This document shows, in pieces, positions 13,803-27,768 of a stretch of 64,000 nt of DNA (its first letter is position 1; each line of letters begins with the position of its first letter). The position numbers and the translations under genes are program-made. The stretch spans positions 200,384,001 to 200,448,000 of the forward strand of contig OZ024741.1 in the NCBI GenBank assembly GCA_964016885.1, given 5' to 3'. Below the pieces are notes generated by a model, which saw nothing but the letters and a program-made list of their open reading frames with translations, was not told where the DNA came from and searched no databases. The DNA comes from Eledone cirrhosa. Taxonomy: Eukaryota.

Positions 13803-13805
<3 letters not shown>
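12457..13805 (-). mobile_element. Non-autonomous Helitron
   Basis: Reverse complement ends with a GC hairpin plus CTAG|T (plus strand ACTAGCAGCAGCACCCGGCGTTGCACGGG); GACAGATAGACAGAC at the other end; TA flanks. Confidence 0.6.
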
Positions 13806-13863
<58 letters not shown>

Positions 13864-13982
13864 GGTCCCGGGTTGAGTCGGGGATAACCACAGTAAGTAA
13901 GGTACTCATGACAGAGTAAAATATATTTATTGTATAGAAGGAGCTTCTACAGGACTAGTAGTCCTGTAGAAGCTCCTTCTAT

Positions 13983-14820
<838 letters not shown>

Positions 14821-14888
14821 TATACTTTTATATATATATTTTATGTATATATGTATATATGTGTGCATGTGTGCATGTGTATATGTAC

Positions 14889-14925
<37 letters not shown>

Positions 14926-15165
14926 GTTATAGTTCACTTGAAGCATTGTGTAATGAGGTATAAACGTTTGTATATGTATAATAAAGCCAAAACAATGCAG
15001 GTATGGACATAGAATAAAGAATGCAAATGCAAAAGATATTGTTGACAATTAGTCTTTTACCTTAGATCTAAGGTAAAAGACTAATTCCCGAGATCCATGG
15101 ACGAGTTCTCTCCAGCGGTCTCTGTCCCTCATTATCACTGCCATATATAGATACATACATATATA

Positions 15166-15201
<36 letters not shown>

Positions 15202-15656
15202 TGTATGTATGTATGTATGTATGTATGTATGTATGTATGTATGTATGTATGTATGTATGTGTATGTATATATGTGTATATACATATATTTATATATATAT
15301 GTGGTTGCGTGTGTATGTAAATATGTATTTATGTGTGTGGTTATCTGCGTGTGTTCATTTGTATTTTTGCATGCTCCAAGCTGGACATATACATGCATGT
15401 ATCTATTTGTAGTTTTGCGTATGTGATTGTATTTATGTATAACTCTATGTGTGTGACGTCTCCGTATCATTTCGTATATATATATATAAATGAAGTATTT
15501 CCGTCGGAAAGGTACAGGAAAAAAGAGTGCTCTATGTAGGCTACAGAGCTTATTAGTTATGTAATAAACAACATAAGATAATTTTTTCATGTACCTTTCC
15601 GACATCTTCAAGAAACCACTGGTAAATGAAATAATTATCTTATGTTGTTTATTACA

Positions 15657-15761
<105 letters not shown>

Positions 15762-16319
15762 GTATGTATGTTTTTGCAGACTAGTGTGTCTATACACTTG
15801 TGTCTGTGCCATATATACATATATATGTATATATGCATGTATATGTATATATATATATATATATGATATATGTAAGAGTGTATATGTATTTGTATATGTC
15901 TGTTTGTATGTCTGTATATGTTTTTATATGTCTGTGTGTATCTGTGTATATGTGTATGTATATGTGTATATGTGTATGTATATGTGTATGTCCGTGTACA
16001 TGTATGTTTGTGTATATATATATATATATGTATATATGCATGTATGTATATATATATATATACATATATATTTTTTTCCTTTTATCTGAATGTGGTGTGT
16101 ATGTGTGTGTATATGTATGTACACATATGTCTTTTTCTATATTGCTATATATCTTTATTTTTTATATATTATTTTTCTTACCTTTCTTTTCTTATGTATA
16201 TTTCCCGTTATTTTTCCAGCCTCACTTCCAATTTTTGACAGATTTTAAATCTCATTTCATATCTTTTATATATATATAGATTTTAGTCTTCAAATTTATT
16301 ATTATTATTACTATATATA

Positions 16320-18137
16320 TATATATGATGGCTGACCCCTCGTTATCGAGTATGACCATTGCACGAGAAAAAAACACCATAATAATAACAATAATAATAA
16401 TAATAACAACAACAATAATAACGACAACAACAACAATAATAATATACATATATATATATATACATACACGCACACACACATAAACATATCTACACACACA
16501 TACACGATAGCAATTAACAGCGCTGCGATCGATTGTGGCTTTTTAGCCTAGCCAATGATCTAAAATGTCTTGCACAGCGTCGGCAACCAAAACATTCACT
16601 GGGAATAGTCGGCTGTTGTTGGAGTTCCTGTACTTTTGCATGTCGCTTGAGCCCTCCTGCTGATTTACATTCTCTACCACATGCTTGGCAAGCCTGATGT
16701 GTAGCATCTCCAACAGCAGCCTGGTAGTCATCCACTGGTCTTACTTTATGACTGCGAAAATGACTTTCGAGTCCAGCTTTGCTTAGGCAGAGTCTCGCAC
16801 AGACGCTGTATGTCAGCGCCATAGGAGGACCTTCGCCGTCTGGAAATGCAACAGCAATGCCCTTCCTCACACCCCACTTTACTTTCTCGTATGCGATTCG
16901 AGATGACTCAAAGGCAACTTTTCCCTCATATACAGTCTTTCTCCATTTATTATAGTCAGCAGCAATATTTTCCCATGTATCAGCAGAGATGTTAGCGTCT
17001 TTCAAAGAGGCTTTCAAAGAATCCTTATATCTCTTTTTTGGTTTATGTGGCGGCCGTTTTCCTTTAACTAACTCTCCATAAAAGAGTTGTTTTAGTATTC
17101 TAGAATCCTTCATCCTGGCAAGGTGACCACTCCAACGGAGTCGTTGCTTAAGCACAAGAGCTTCTATACTGTCACACAGAGAGCTTTCCAAAATCTCGAC
17201 ATCACTGATGTGGTCCCTCCAGTGAACGCCATAGATCCGTCTGAGACACATCTGATGGAAACGCTCCAATTGCTTATGTTGGTGTTGATATGTGACCCAG
17301 GTCTCGCAGGTATAAAGAAGAGAAGAGAGCACACATGCCTTGTACACCTTTACCTTTGTCTTCTTGCATATGTCTCGCCGAACCCAGAGTCACCTTTCTA
17401 GATTTCCGAAAGCATCACTTGCTTTCCTAATCCTGAGTGGGATTTCATTATCAAGGTTGCTGTATCGATTGACAGTGCTTCTCAGGTAGACAAACTGATC
17501 AACCACTCCAAGTCGTTTACCATACACATAGATATTTGGTTCACCGTACTGCTTACCATGGGCAGGTTGGTACATGACGACGGTTTTCTTGAGACTGACA
17601 GTCAATTCTAGGGCAGTGCAAGCATCAGAAAATGCATTCAAAATATGCTGCATATCACTCTCTGTGTGCGCTACAAGATCTCAATCATCTTATGATTGAT
17701 GTAAATACTTCTGTTTTTTCAGCAAAGCACCTGATGTTAAATATGCTGCCTGAGGTTCGATATCGGATGTAAACACCATGCTCGCAATTCCTGAATGCAA
17801 TATAGAAAACCATTGCAAAGTATATGGCAAACAGGGTCGGTGCTGGAATATCCTCCTGTTTCACTCCATTTTTTACTGAGATAGGCTCCGACATGTTACC
17901 TCCGACATTAACCCAAGCCTTCGTGTCGTCATGAAAAGACCTAACTAATGCAAGGAACTTATCAGGGCAGCCAAGTTTCTGGAGAACTTTCCATGATGCA
18001 TTTCTGTTAACAGTATCGACAAAACCCTGCTACAGATCCAAACCTTGTTCCATGCACTTCTCCTGGAGCTGTCTAGCTGAGAAGATCATATCAGTAGTGC
18101 CGCGTCCTGCACGAAAACCAGATTGACTTTCAGGAAG

Positions 18138-18140
<3 letters not shown>
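16320..18140 (-). mobile_element. 5'-truncated RTE (BovB-like) LINE with C-terminal C2H2 fingers
   Basis: GVKQEDIPAP, YTCETW, RLRWSGHLARM, LFYGEL; three CxxC/HxxxH-like repeats at the end of ORF 16514..17347. Confidence 0.85.
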
Positions 18141-18212
<72 letters not shown>

Positions 18213-18461
18213 AGCATGACATTAACGCTGACTTTTCTTCTTCTTCCTTTCTGTTTTTCTTCTCTTTGACCAGGAGGTTAGTAGCACACTATAAGCTTTA
18301 GCCCCCTCACTAGATAGCCTTAAGTAGGCCGAATGGGCAGCACTTGAGGGCGACCGGCTAAAGTGGAAGATGCTAGATGGTCGGTCGTCCTCGGGTCTAT
18401 GATTTTCAGCCCCATGGATTTTATCTGTTACATTCATTTATTATATTTCGAATACCTGATG

Positions 18462-18648
18462 GCCAGTGGATTGGCAGTATCGGTAGAGGGTCGGACGCCA
18501 TGCTTTGACGCATAGAGTTACGGCCCTTGCCATTCTGAGTTCAAATCCCGCCGAGGTTAACTTTGCCTTTCATCCTTATGGGGTCGATAAAATAAAGTAC
18601 CAGTAATACACTGGGTAATTGCTGGCCTTGTGCCAAAAGTAGAAACAA
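18462..18648 (+). mobile_element. tRNA-derived SINE with ~21-bp TSD
   Basis: TSD TTATATTTCGAATACCTGATG at 18441-18461 and 18649-18669; empty site present in the second repeat (~20628-20650). Confidence 0.9.
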
Positions 18649-20634
18649 TTATATTTCGAATACCTGATGATATCACCGGATTCATACGGAACGCGGTCAT
18701 TGAAATGATCATAGCATAATAAACCTTTCAAGGATTTACACAAGTCCAGCCTCCTGTTATTTTATTATAATATTTAACTCCGTACTCGCACCACCAACTA
18801 CACAAACGAAGACAGTTGAGCTGCTTTACGTTGAGTACTCTCCATATTATTACATCAAGATTGACCATACGGAATTGTCCTTCAAACCTAAATAAATAAT
18901 GCTCCTGAAATGTTGAGCACTTGCAGATGTAATAATGAACAGCGGCATGGGACTGACTCGATCTAATCACCATTCGGATTTTGGCTACTCTGCGCTTTGT
19001 CTACCGCCCACCTGGTCCAATGCTACTTCTCTCTCGGAATATTCAGACTTCGACAACATTCTACGGATTATACCATAACCCGTATTGTACTGTACTGTAT
19101 TGTCTAAATTCTCTACCCTATACTTCAGGGCCTTTGTAATTCACACTGAATTCTCAGACTCGAGCACACACTGATTCCATTTCCATATCTATATGCATTA
19201 TCTGACTGCAACTTGAACTATATTGTATTTCTCCTGTGTTTTGATTTCTCCGTTTTACTCCACCACCACTCTAGTTATTTTTACTTGTTTATTTATATAT
19301 TTCTACCTTTTTACTTTATTAATGTGTTTTATCTACGTATTCTACTTTTATCTATCCATGTATTTTTTATTCCTTTTATTCGGATTTTTACTCGCTTGTA
19401 CCCATTAGCACACGACACTAGAATATTTCCCCTGAGAACAACAATATCTATTACCCGGACTATCCGGGGACCTAGATATAGTCTATTTGCGCTTTTCATC
19501 GAGTTTTACAATTGATTACACGCGATGATCCGACTGTTGTGTTGGTTTTCCTGGCTGCGACACCGGCCTCCGGGTGCATAGGCCTACCTTGAGTGCTTGG
19601 AAAAATAAATTTCCCCTTCTATCGGTAAATGAAATAACTCGGAGCGGATGGATTCGCCCCGAGGCCCGCCGCGCAGCCGATTTTTGACCGCCATATAGTA
19701 CCTTTAAATTCTAGGCCTAATCATAACTATTAGCTGTATCATGCCTCCCTCTACTTAAACAAACCCCCCTCCTGTGTAAATTAATAATACTCATTTGGTA
19801 TAACGATGGTCTAACGGCGATGGCTGACTTCCCACTAGCACACCTGAAGCCTGGAATACATTCCTAGAGTGCTTGGAATAATTGATTTCCATATCTTTCG
19901 CTAGCCGATCTCACTCGGAATGGTTGACACGTGGTTAGGATGGCTGGCCGGAGTCTGCAGTCGCTGCATGCTGTTTGACTGCTAAACAAGGACATAATCT
20001 TTACTCTACATCCCACTCGGATAACTTATAGAGGATCTCTATAATACAATTAAAGTTTCTTCATAAAAGACTCTTTCTTTAACTAAACCTCGCAACCCAA
20101 AACCTTAAAATTTTTTTAAACTGTTTAATTTTCAATTTTCTAATTTTTTAATTTTATAATGTTAATCTTTCATTTTTTTAACTTCATCCTATAAATCTAA
20201 ACAAAATTTAACGTTCCAATCTTCTGCTCACACATTATACCATGTAGACCCCCACTATATATACCTCTGTTATAATATATACCTCTGGTAAGATACGGGT
20301 CCTTTAGAATAACTTTTTTCGCGGCAATACCTGGCCTGACTGTAGCATGGCATTAATGCTGACTTTTCTTCCTCTTTCTTTCTTTCTGTCCTTTTTCTTG
20401 TAGCATGACATTAACGCTGACTTTTCTTCTCCTTCCTTTCTGTTTTTCTTCTCTTTGACCGGGAGGTTAGTAGCACACTATAAGCTTTAGCCTCCTCACC
20501 AGATAGCCTTAAGTAGGCCGAATGGGCAGCACTTGAGGGCGACCGGCTAAAGTGGAAGATGCTAGATAGTCGGTCGTCCTCGGGTCTATGATTTTCAGCC
20601 CCATGGATTTTATCTATTACATTCATTTATCATA

Positions 20635-20700
20635 TTTCGAATACCTGATGATATCACCGGATTCATACGGAACCCGGTCATTGAAATGATCATAGTATAA
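20635..20700 (+). ncRNA. Minimal hammerhead ribozyme (second copy at 18655-18720)
   Basis: ATAC-CTGATGA-..ACCGG..TTC..GAA..CCGGT..-GAAA-TGATCA-TA-GTAT. Confidence 0.6.
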
Positions 20701-20797
20701 TAAACCTTTCAAGGATTTACACCAGTCCAGCCTCCTGTTATTTTATTATAATTATATATATATATACACACACACACATATGTGTGTGTGTGTATAT

Positions 20798-20842
<45 letters not shown>

Positions 20843-20905
20843 AATGTATGTATGTATGTCTAGCATGGATTGGTTTGAACACAGAACATTATTTCTAATG
20901 CAAGG

Positions 20906-21090
20906 AAGGCGGTGGATTGGCAGTATCGGTAGAGGGTCGGACATGCTTTGACGCATAGAGTTACGGTCCTTGCCATTCTGAGTTCAAATCCCGCCGAGGT
21001 TAACTTTGCCTTTCATCCTTACAGGGTCGATAAAATAAAGTACCAGTAATACACTGGGTAATTGCTGGCCTTGTGCCAAAAGTAGAAACA
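20906..21090 (+). mobile_element. tRNA-derived SINE with 18-bp TSD
   Basis: TSD ATTATTTCTAATGCAAGG at 20888-20905 and 21091-21108; B-box present. Confidence 0.9.
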
Positions 21091-21679
21091 ATTATTTCTA
21101 ATGCAAGGTTTGAACTCTCTTAGCCAGTATGTCACAATCACTGCATTCAAACTAATTGGTATGTGTTCACCCAGACTTAGATATCAAATAACCTAGTTTT
21201 TCCAGCCTGTGATGTTTGAGACATTTGGTGGACCAAACCGCTGAGAGTGAATTTCTTGTCATCGTTGGTGGTTCGCCTTACCGAGGTGTCAAGTGATACC
21301 CATGAGGGTGCCTAGTTGTTTCAGAGCTTTAGTCTCACCATCACCTACAGTAATGTTGTGAGCAGGTTGGCTTGCCTCAACATTTTCCATTAACCCTTGT
21401 AGTATGCAACCGATTATCATACTTGGTGGTGAATTGATGGTTGTTTTAGTTTGTTGGTTTTCTTTTTCTCTTGCTTTGATCCTATATTTTTGTACATTAT
21501 ATTTGTGTGGTTCCTAGCAATAATTACTTGTATTCATTAATATAAACACAAATATAAACACATATAATAAAGTTATTAGCAATTTTTTAAAAAAGATATG
21601 AGCTTATATAAGAATAGATCGTCTGAAATAATGTAGAAAATAGCAATAAACTACTTATTCATAGACTAATTTATTATAA

Positions 21680-22420
21680 ACTAGCAGCAGTACCCAGCGT
21701 TGCCTGGGTAGGTAAAATAATATCTGCTTTGATGAAAAGGTGTTGACCTTAGAGACTGCTTCTCGATGACTCATCTATGGCCACACACAGGCCATGTGGG
21801 GGGCGGGGGATAACCTCTATCACTGAGAAAGGTGGGTGACTGACGAAGGGGCATGCTAGGGGAGGGAGTTTCGAATTTGAACGAAATCGGTTGAAAAATG
21901 TGGGAGCTAGAGCCGTAAAGGCGGAAATTTGAGCGAAAAGGTGGTATTTTCGAATATTTAAGCGGCTGCCACGCCGTTCCTGAACAAAAAATCCAAAATG
22001 TAAAGCCACTTTAAGACGTAAAATAATCAGATCTAGCGTAGTATAAAATTTGAACAAAGTAGGTTGATTAATGTGGGAGCTAGAGCCGAAAAAGAAATTT
22101 GAGTCTAAAAGTGGTATTTTTGAATATTTAAGCGGCTGCCACGCCGTCCCTGGACAACAAATGCAAAATATAAAGCCATTACAGGATGTGCAATGATAAA
22201 TTCATTTTGCTTTAAAATTTGAACGAAATCGGTAGCAAAATGTGGGAGATAGAGCCAAAAATCTTATTTTTCGATACTCTATCGATTTATATCTGCAGAA
22301 TGACCCCGGAATAAAAAAAAAACGATACGCTGATATATAGGAAAAACTCCCCAATGACTAATCTATGAGCCTGTAAAGTTTCATGAAAATCGGTCGTAAG
22401 ATGTAGGCCCCTATAGGTAA
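21680..22420 (-). mobile_element. Non-autonomous Helitron with internal ~170-bp tandem repeats
   Basis: ACTAGCAGCAGTACCCAGCGTTGCCTGGG terminus; repeated TGTGGGAGCTAGAGCCG..GCGGCTGCCACGCCG units. Confidence 0.6.
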
Positions 22421-22460
22421 TACACACACACACACACACCAACACACACCAACACACACC

Positions 22461-22537
<77 letters not shown>

Positions 22538-22790
22538 CTATCAGCGTGTATGACCATTTTAACTTATGTTTATAGCTCTGCTATCCTCTTCATATGCATG
22601 GAGCGCTTGTCTGCACAATATGGAAGTTGCGTTTCGCTAATTTCTACCCGCCGAAATGCGATTCTCGCTAAATTTATATTTGTATATATATATATCAAAA
22701 GTATGTTTTTGAAACAGCGAGCGAGTTTGAAAATAGAAATAGAAGCTTACGCCGTATTTTTGACTAAATAATTTTAGCCTGATTATGGAG

Positions 22791-22849
<59 letters not shown>

Positions 22850-24079
22850 TGCATATATATATATGTATATATATTACACAGATATATAGACATAGGTACA
22901 CAGATATATAAACACAGGTACATAGATATAGAGACAGTGTTATATAGATATACAGACACAGGTACACAGATATACAGACACAGGTACACAGATATATAGA
23001 TACAGGTACACAGATGAAATGTTCTGCTTCTTTTCATTTTCTTCTACCAGTTCCTGTTTCTTTCAATATTCAAACTGTGCCTCTCCTGTTCTCACCATTT
23101 CTACTCTGAATCATTTGAATCACCATTTAACCATTTTTCTCAACTTTCAGTAACGACCGCTGCACTTCAGAACTCTTTCCCAGCAGTTCCACTACAGCTA
23201 TAAAGCTACAAACGTTTCCACAAGTGGGTCACACTTTTCTCTTCTGTAGTAATGCAAGGAAATATCACTGCCTATAATACAAAAAAGAAATCATCCGCTA
23301 CTGACAGGGTTGTCATCACGCAACACCTGCAAGACTACCCACCATAAAAATAAACGATAACTCCATATATCGTACAACATGAAAATTGTCTCACCTAGCA
23401 AATTACAGCAGAGATATTTAGCCTTGTGTTAAAATTTGGTTCCTTGCCGTGTAGAGGATCCTTCGTTGAAAATTGTTGGCTATCAGTCGAATGGCCTTCT
23501 TTTAGTACCGTTCCGGATGTTTATGTGTGTAACAGAATCATTGTTCCATACAAACAAACAGTACTTTAATGTGGGTCTTATTTGATATTTGTAGAAAGTC
23601 AGCAACTAATCAAAGGATGTGTTACCTTGCCTTAAAGAGGAATCCTTTTGTTTGCTTGATAGATTTATATATAAGAATATCCATGAAAAATAACCAGAAA
23701 ATATGAACCATATAAATTTGTAGCGATTTTGAGAAATTTAGTTGTGCATTTTCCATGTGTAGAGAGGGTGATATACAGGATTTTCCTGATAAATGTAATC
23801 AGTGTCCAGTACTGTTGAAACTGTCTCTACGTTTCATGCATGTTCTGTATATGGTGTCATCTTATTTCTGGCTAAGTCAATGTATGCCGCAGTCTGTCTT
23901 TCACTTTATGAAATCTTTTGATCCTGACCGTTAACATGATGTTCTTCTGCCCAGAATCTAGTTTGAATCACCATTGACTTAACATTCGTTTCTCCGCTGA
24001 TGTCACATGTCTCCCGCGCTGTTACTCCACGGTGGGATTTTTTGTCATTGAAATTTACTCCTCTAGCGGTTAAGTTTTA

Positions 24080-24195
24080 GTCTGGCTTCTACCCTCAGAC
24101 TTGTCTGACATAGTTGGATTTACAAGGAGTTAAACTCCCGCCAGCATAGCCCTCCGGATCAAAAGAGCTCACAAGCCACTCAACCGCAAAAAGGT
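24080..24195 (-). ncRNA. Probable RTE 5'-end HDV-like ribozyme relic
   Basis: Minus strand ..GGCTTGTGAG..GGGCTATGCTGGCGGGAG..ATGTCAGACAAGTC..GGGTAGAAGCCAGAC resembles RTE 5' leaders; recognised by pattern, not folded. Confidence 0.4.
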
Positions 24196-26107
24196 ACTTA
24201 ATTATATATGTATTAGCACATATACACACTATTGGGTGAGTTTTGTTTTTCATTCCACAATATGTCTAAAATCACCCTCCTCACCAAGTAGGCTTAATGA
24301 GGTTGCCGGTTTAGTCACCATCGACTCGATCATATAAGTTGTACTTGATTACATGTTACCAGTAGCGTTCGAGAGCAGTCTGACTATTTTGGGCAACTTA
24401 GCAGTCGGCATAGATAGGTAGATTATGTGTCTGGCGTGTAGTTCGTATGTGTGGAAAGATCATTGAAATGTGGTATCCTCTACATAAGAGGGTGCGTTGT
24501 GAGAAGTTGAGAGTAAATAGGTCATAAACACAGAAAAAAATAGTTTAGCATGTATTAGCGACGCTATGGGCACACAAATTTAATAGAATGTAAGCTCTAT
24601 CTCCAATCTGACATGACCTGCCTGCTTTCTTAAAGTTGTTTTTTGGTTAGTGATTTTGGAAAACTGTTTAATAAGTATGTTTTCTTGCTTTAGGAATGTG
24701 GGAAATTAACTTGTTATTGTGACTATGATGTGATATGGCGTTGTTACAATTTTTGGGATGGCTAATTATTTTTTATAGTTTTTGAATGCTTGTTTGGGGG
24801 TTTATGCCAGATAAAAATATTGTCGTTATTTTTATTGTTGCTTAATTCTGAATTTATTTCTGTTGGGTATGGTATTACCATGGTCAGGGTCGTTGTTTCA
24901 GTAGTGTAATTTGGATATATGATTTATGTCCCCTTGAGGAATATGTTTTGTGGAAGCTTTTACGGGTATATGTATTACAGTATCTATCCAGTGATTGCAA
25001 TGCATTGAAAATGCTATTTTATTGACAATGTAATTAACTTGGAGAGGTATCTGATGTGCTGGTACATATTGATAAGATATAAAAGAAGTTTAGTCATGAG
25101 GTTATTCATTCCTGCATTGTTTTTGTACCGGCATTTGTTGTGTATATTAACAAATTTCAGTGTTAGTCTTTGGGAGTGTGATGAGGTGTTATATGTGGGA
25201 TTTCCTGTTTTTCTTTTTCTTAGTAACAGCACTAACATAGCGGGATTCATAATAGACCAGTATATGAAGTCATAAATGATACGTGTATGCATAATAAACA
25301 TATATAAGTCTTGCTATGATCATGTCACAGATATCTCAGTACCCGTTCTGACATGATCACAGCTTAAAACACTCATAACGGGACTGATATTCGCTTATTA
25401 TACATGAAAATATCCTATATGCCTTCATATACATTTCTATTTTGATTTCCTCTTGATTAGTTGTATTTCTTATTATGTGTATTTCTCAACTATTTGTATT
25501 TCTTATTAGTGTTCTGGTTTCTTTTGTGTCGTCTATTAACAGAATGCAAGATTTTGTATGCGTTATAACGCATCTGTCATAGTTTGGTTCGTTTTATCTT
25601 TTTGGAATTTGATAGTATTTCTGTTGTAAGTATTATTTCTCGTACTAATTTGCAATGTGAGTGTCATGTATTTTATGTCTTTAATTTTATTTGCATATTG
25701 TTTAACTATTTTACATGGTGTGCATTAGATATTTTCATTGTTGTTGTGTATTTTTCGCGAGGTATGCTTGGAGTTTCGTAGGATAATTGTTTGCGTTACA
25801 GTCATAATGTACAAGATAAAATCATTGTTGAAGCTGGGGATTTTCAAAGAAAGACAATGGCGGTGCTTCCTGTTTTGTACTTTGCGTTTTGCAGTGGGTT
25901 TTGAGCTGAGGGTACTCGTAAACTTTTGATGTTTCCCTTGTTTTATGTAGAGGCGTCACTTCTAAATTTCCTGTTGATCTGCAGATTGGTTTGTTTTGGT
26001 TTGTTTGTTTTTCTGTTGTCGGCTTTTCATTGTCCAACTGAAGTTCCAGCTGTAGCTAAAGCGTCTTCTCTTTTGGAATAATGTAATAAAGACAACATTA
26101 TTCCAGG

Positions 26108-26150
<43 letters not shown>

Positions 26151-26237
26151 GGAAAAATTTGAACAGGGACGAAACAGAGAGGCAGTACAACGAATGTTTA
26201 TTAATTTCACGCTCTGGAGAGTGGGGTGTTGGTGGGG

Positions 26238-26272
26238 GACGACGTTTCGGGCATAAGCCCTTCCTCAGGTGA
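26238..26272 (-). ncRNA. Minimal hammerhead ribozyme (Penelope pLTR)
   Basis: CTGAGGA-A-GGGC-TTAT-GCCC-GAAA-CGTCGTC. Confidence 0.7.
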
Positions 26273-27106
26273 GAAGTGTGTGGGAACAGAGTTCAAAGGG
26301 TGTGTAGGGGAGTGGTGGAGAGACATATAGCGAAAGGAAACGGTGCGAATGAAAAAATAAAAAATAAAGATAAAAATAAAAATAAAGCATGATCAAAATA
26401 CAAGGAATGAGATAAATTTAAAAATAAAGGCATGATCAAAATAAACTGAAATTAAAAGGGGGTAAACAGGTGGTGGAAGGGTGTGGGGTGTGTAGGGGTG
26501 GTGGCGGGTGGAGTGGGGAGAGGGAGACGGGGTGTCCGAGCGGGGAGGGCTGAAGGTGGTGTGTGTGTGTAGGTGTGCGCGTGTGTGTGTGTGTGTGTAT
26601 GTGAAAGTAAGGGTTGGGGGAAGAACGGGGTTGCATGTTCAGGAAGAGGTGTGTGTGTGTGTGTGGGGGGGGGGGGTCGGAGTGTCTGTGTGTGTGTGGA
26701 TAGAGGGGTGGGGGGAGACGAATCAGGAGGCTGAGGGTGTAAATATGTGGTGGAAAGCACGTGTGTGTGGGGTTTAAGGGTGTTGTGGGTGTAGGTGGCG
26801 TGTGGAGAAAAACATTTTTTTGGGGTGTGTGTGTGGGTGAGTTATATAGGTGATTACGTAAGAGGATGGTTGAAAAGTTGGTAAATTCCGAAGATGTTTA
26901 GTGGATTGGTTGTTGGTCAATTTCTGCGTGTGGGTATTCCATGAAGCGATGGTCGGAAGAGGAGAGATGTGGGGTGCGCGCGCAACAGGAAGTGGTCAGC
27001 AGTGGGAGTGCTGTGGTCTGTTTGTGTTGGGAGGTGGTCAGAGGGCATAATAGCAGCAGTCGGTGGAATGGTAAAGGGGCGAGGATGGGTAGGTGTGAAA
27101 GTTGGA

Positions 27107-27220
<114 letters not shown>

Positions 27221-27314
27221 AGAAACGTTAAAACTCTCTTCCTGCTATTTCAAGTGTTAAACTAATATATTTCTTCCATGTACTGTGTCATTTGTTTTGT
27301 TATTTCTGTTTACC

Positions 27315-27437
<123 letters not shown>

Positions 27438-27639
27438 AGTAGTGATCAGATTTCATTAGGGGAAATCGAAGACTACGTCAGCATGCAATGGTTTTTGACT
27501 CGACAAGTGAAAGGTTTTTCAAGTGTTTCCGTGGTGGTTAACCATGGGTACAATGAAGGTAATTCCAAGAGTGTTTATATATAATATAATAAGTAATATG
27601 AATATGACATCATCGTAGTTAGAGGATCAACATTTATTA

Positions 27640-27768
27640 TGCAATTGATATGTGTTTCGCTAACTTACAAATGAACAAGATCTAGAAATGCTAATCTGAG
27701 TGGATTGGAGAATTCAATTCCCACTTTTTTTGTATCATCCAGTAAGTTTTCTCATCAGAAATAATATT
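27640..27768 (-). ncRNA. Hammerhead-like motif with a long stem II insert, at the end of a decayed Penelope-like fragment (to ~28675)
   Basis: TATTATTT-CTGATGA-G-AAAACTTAC...GTAAGTT-AGC-GAAA-CACATATC..ATAATA. Confidence 0.45.

Larger units (their letters stand above)
18209..20750 (+). mobile_element. Non-coding element with ~350-bp direct terminal repeats, each carrying a hammerhead (retrozyme/Penelope pLTR-like)
   Basis: 18209-18770 (minus the SINE insert) is repeated at 20398-20750; CTGATGA..GAAA-TGATCA-TA at 18664 and 20645. Confidence 0.7.

Noticed and set aside
18520-18560. tRNA-like B-box sequence
   Set aside because: It is a SINE head with TSDs and no cloverleaf, not a tRNA gene
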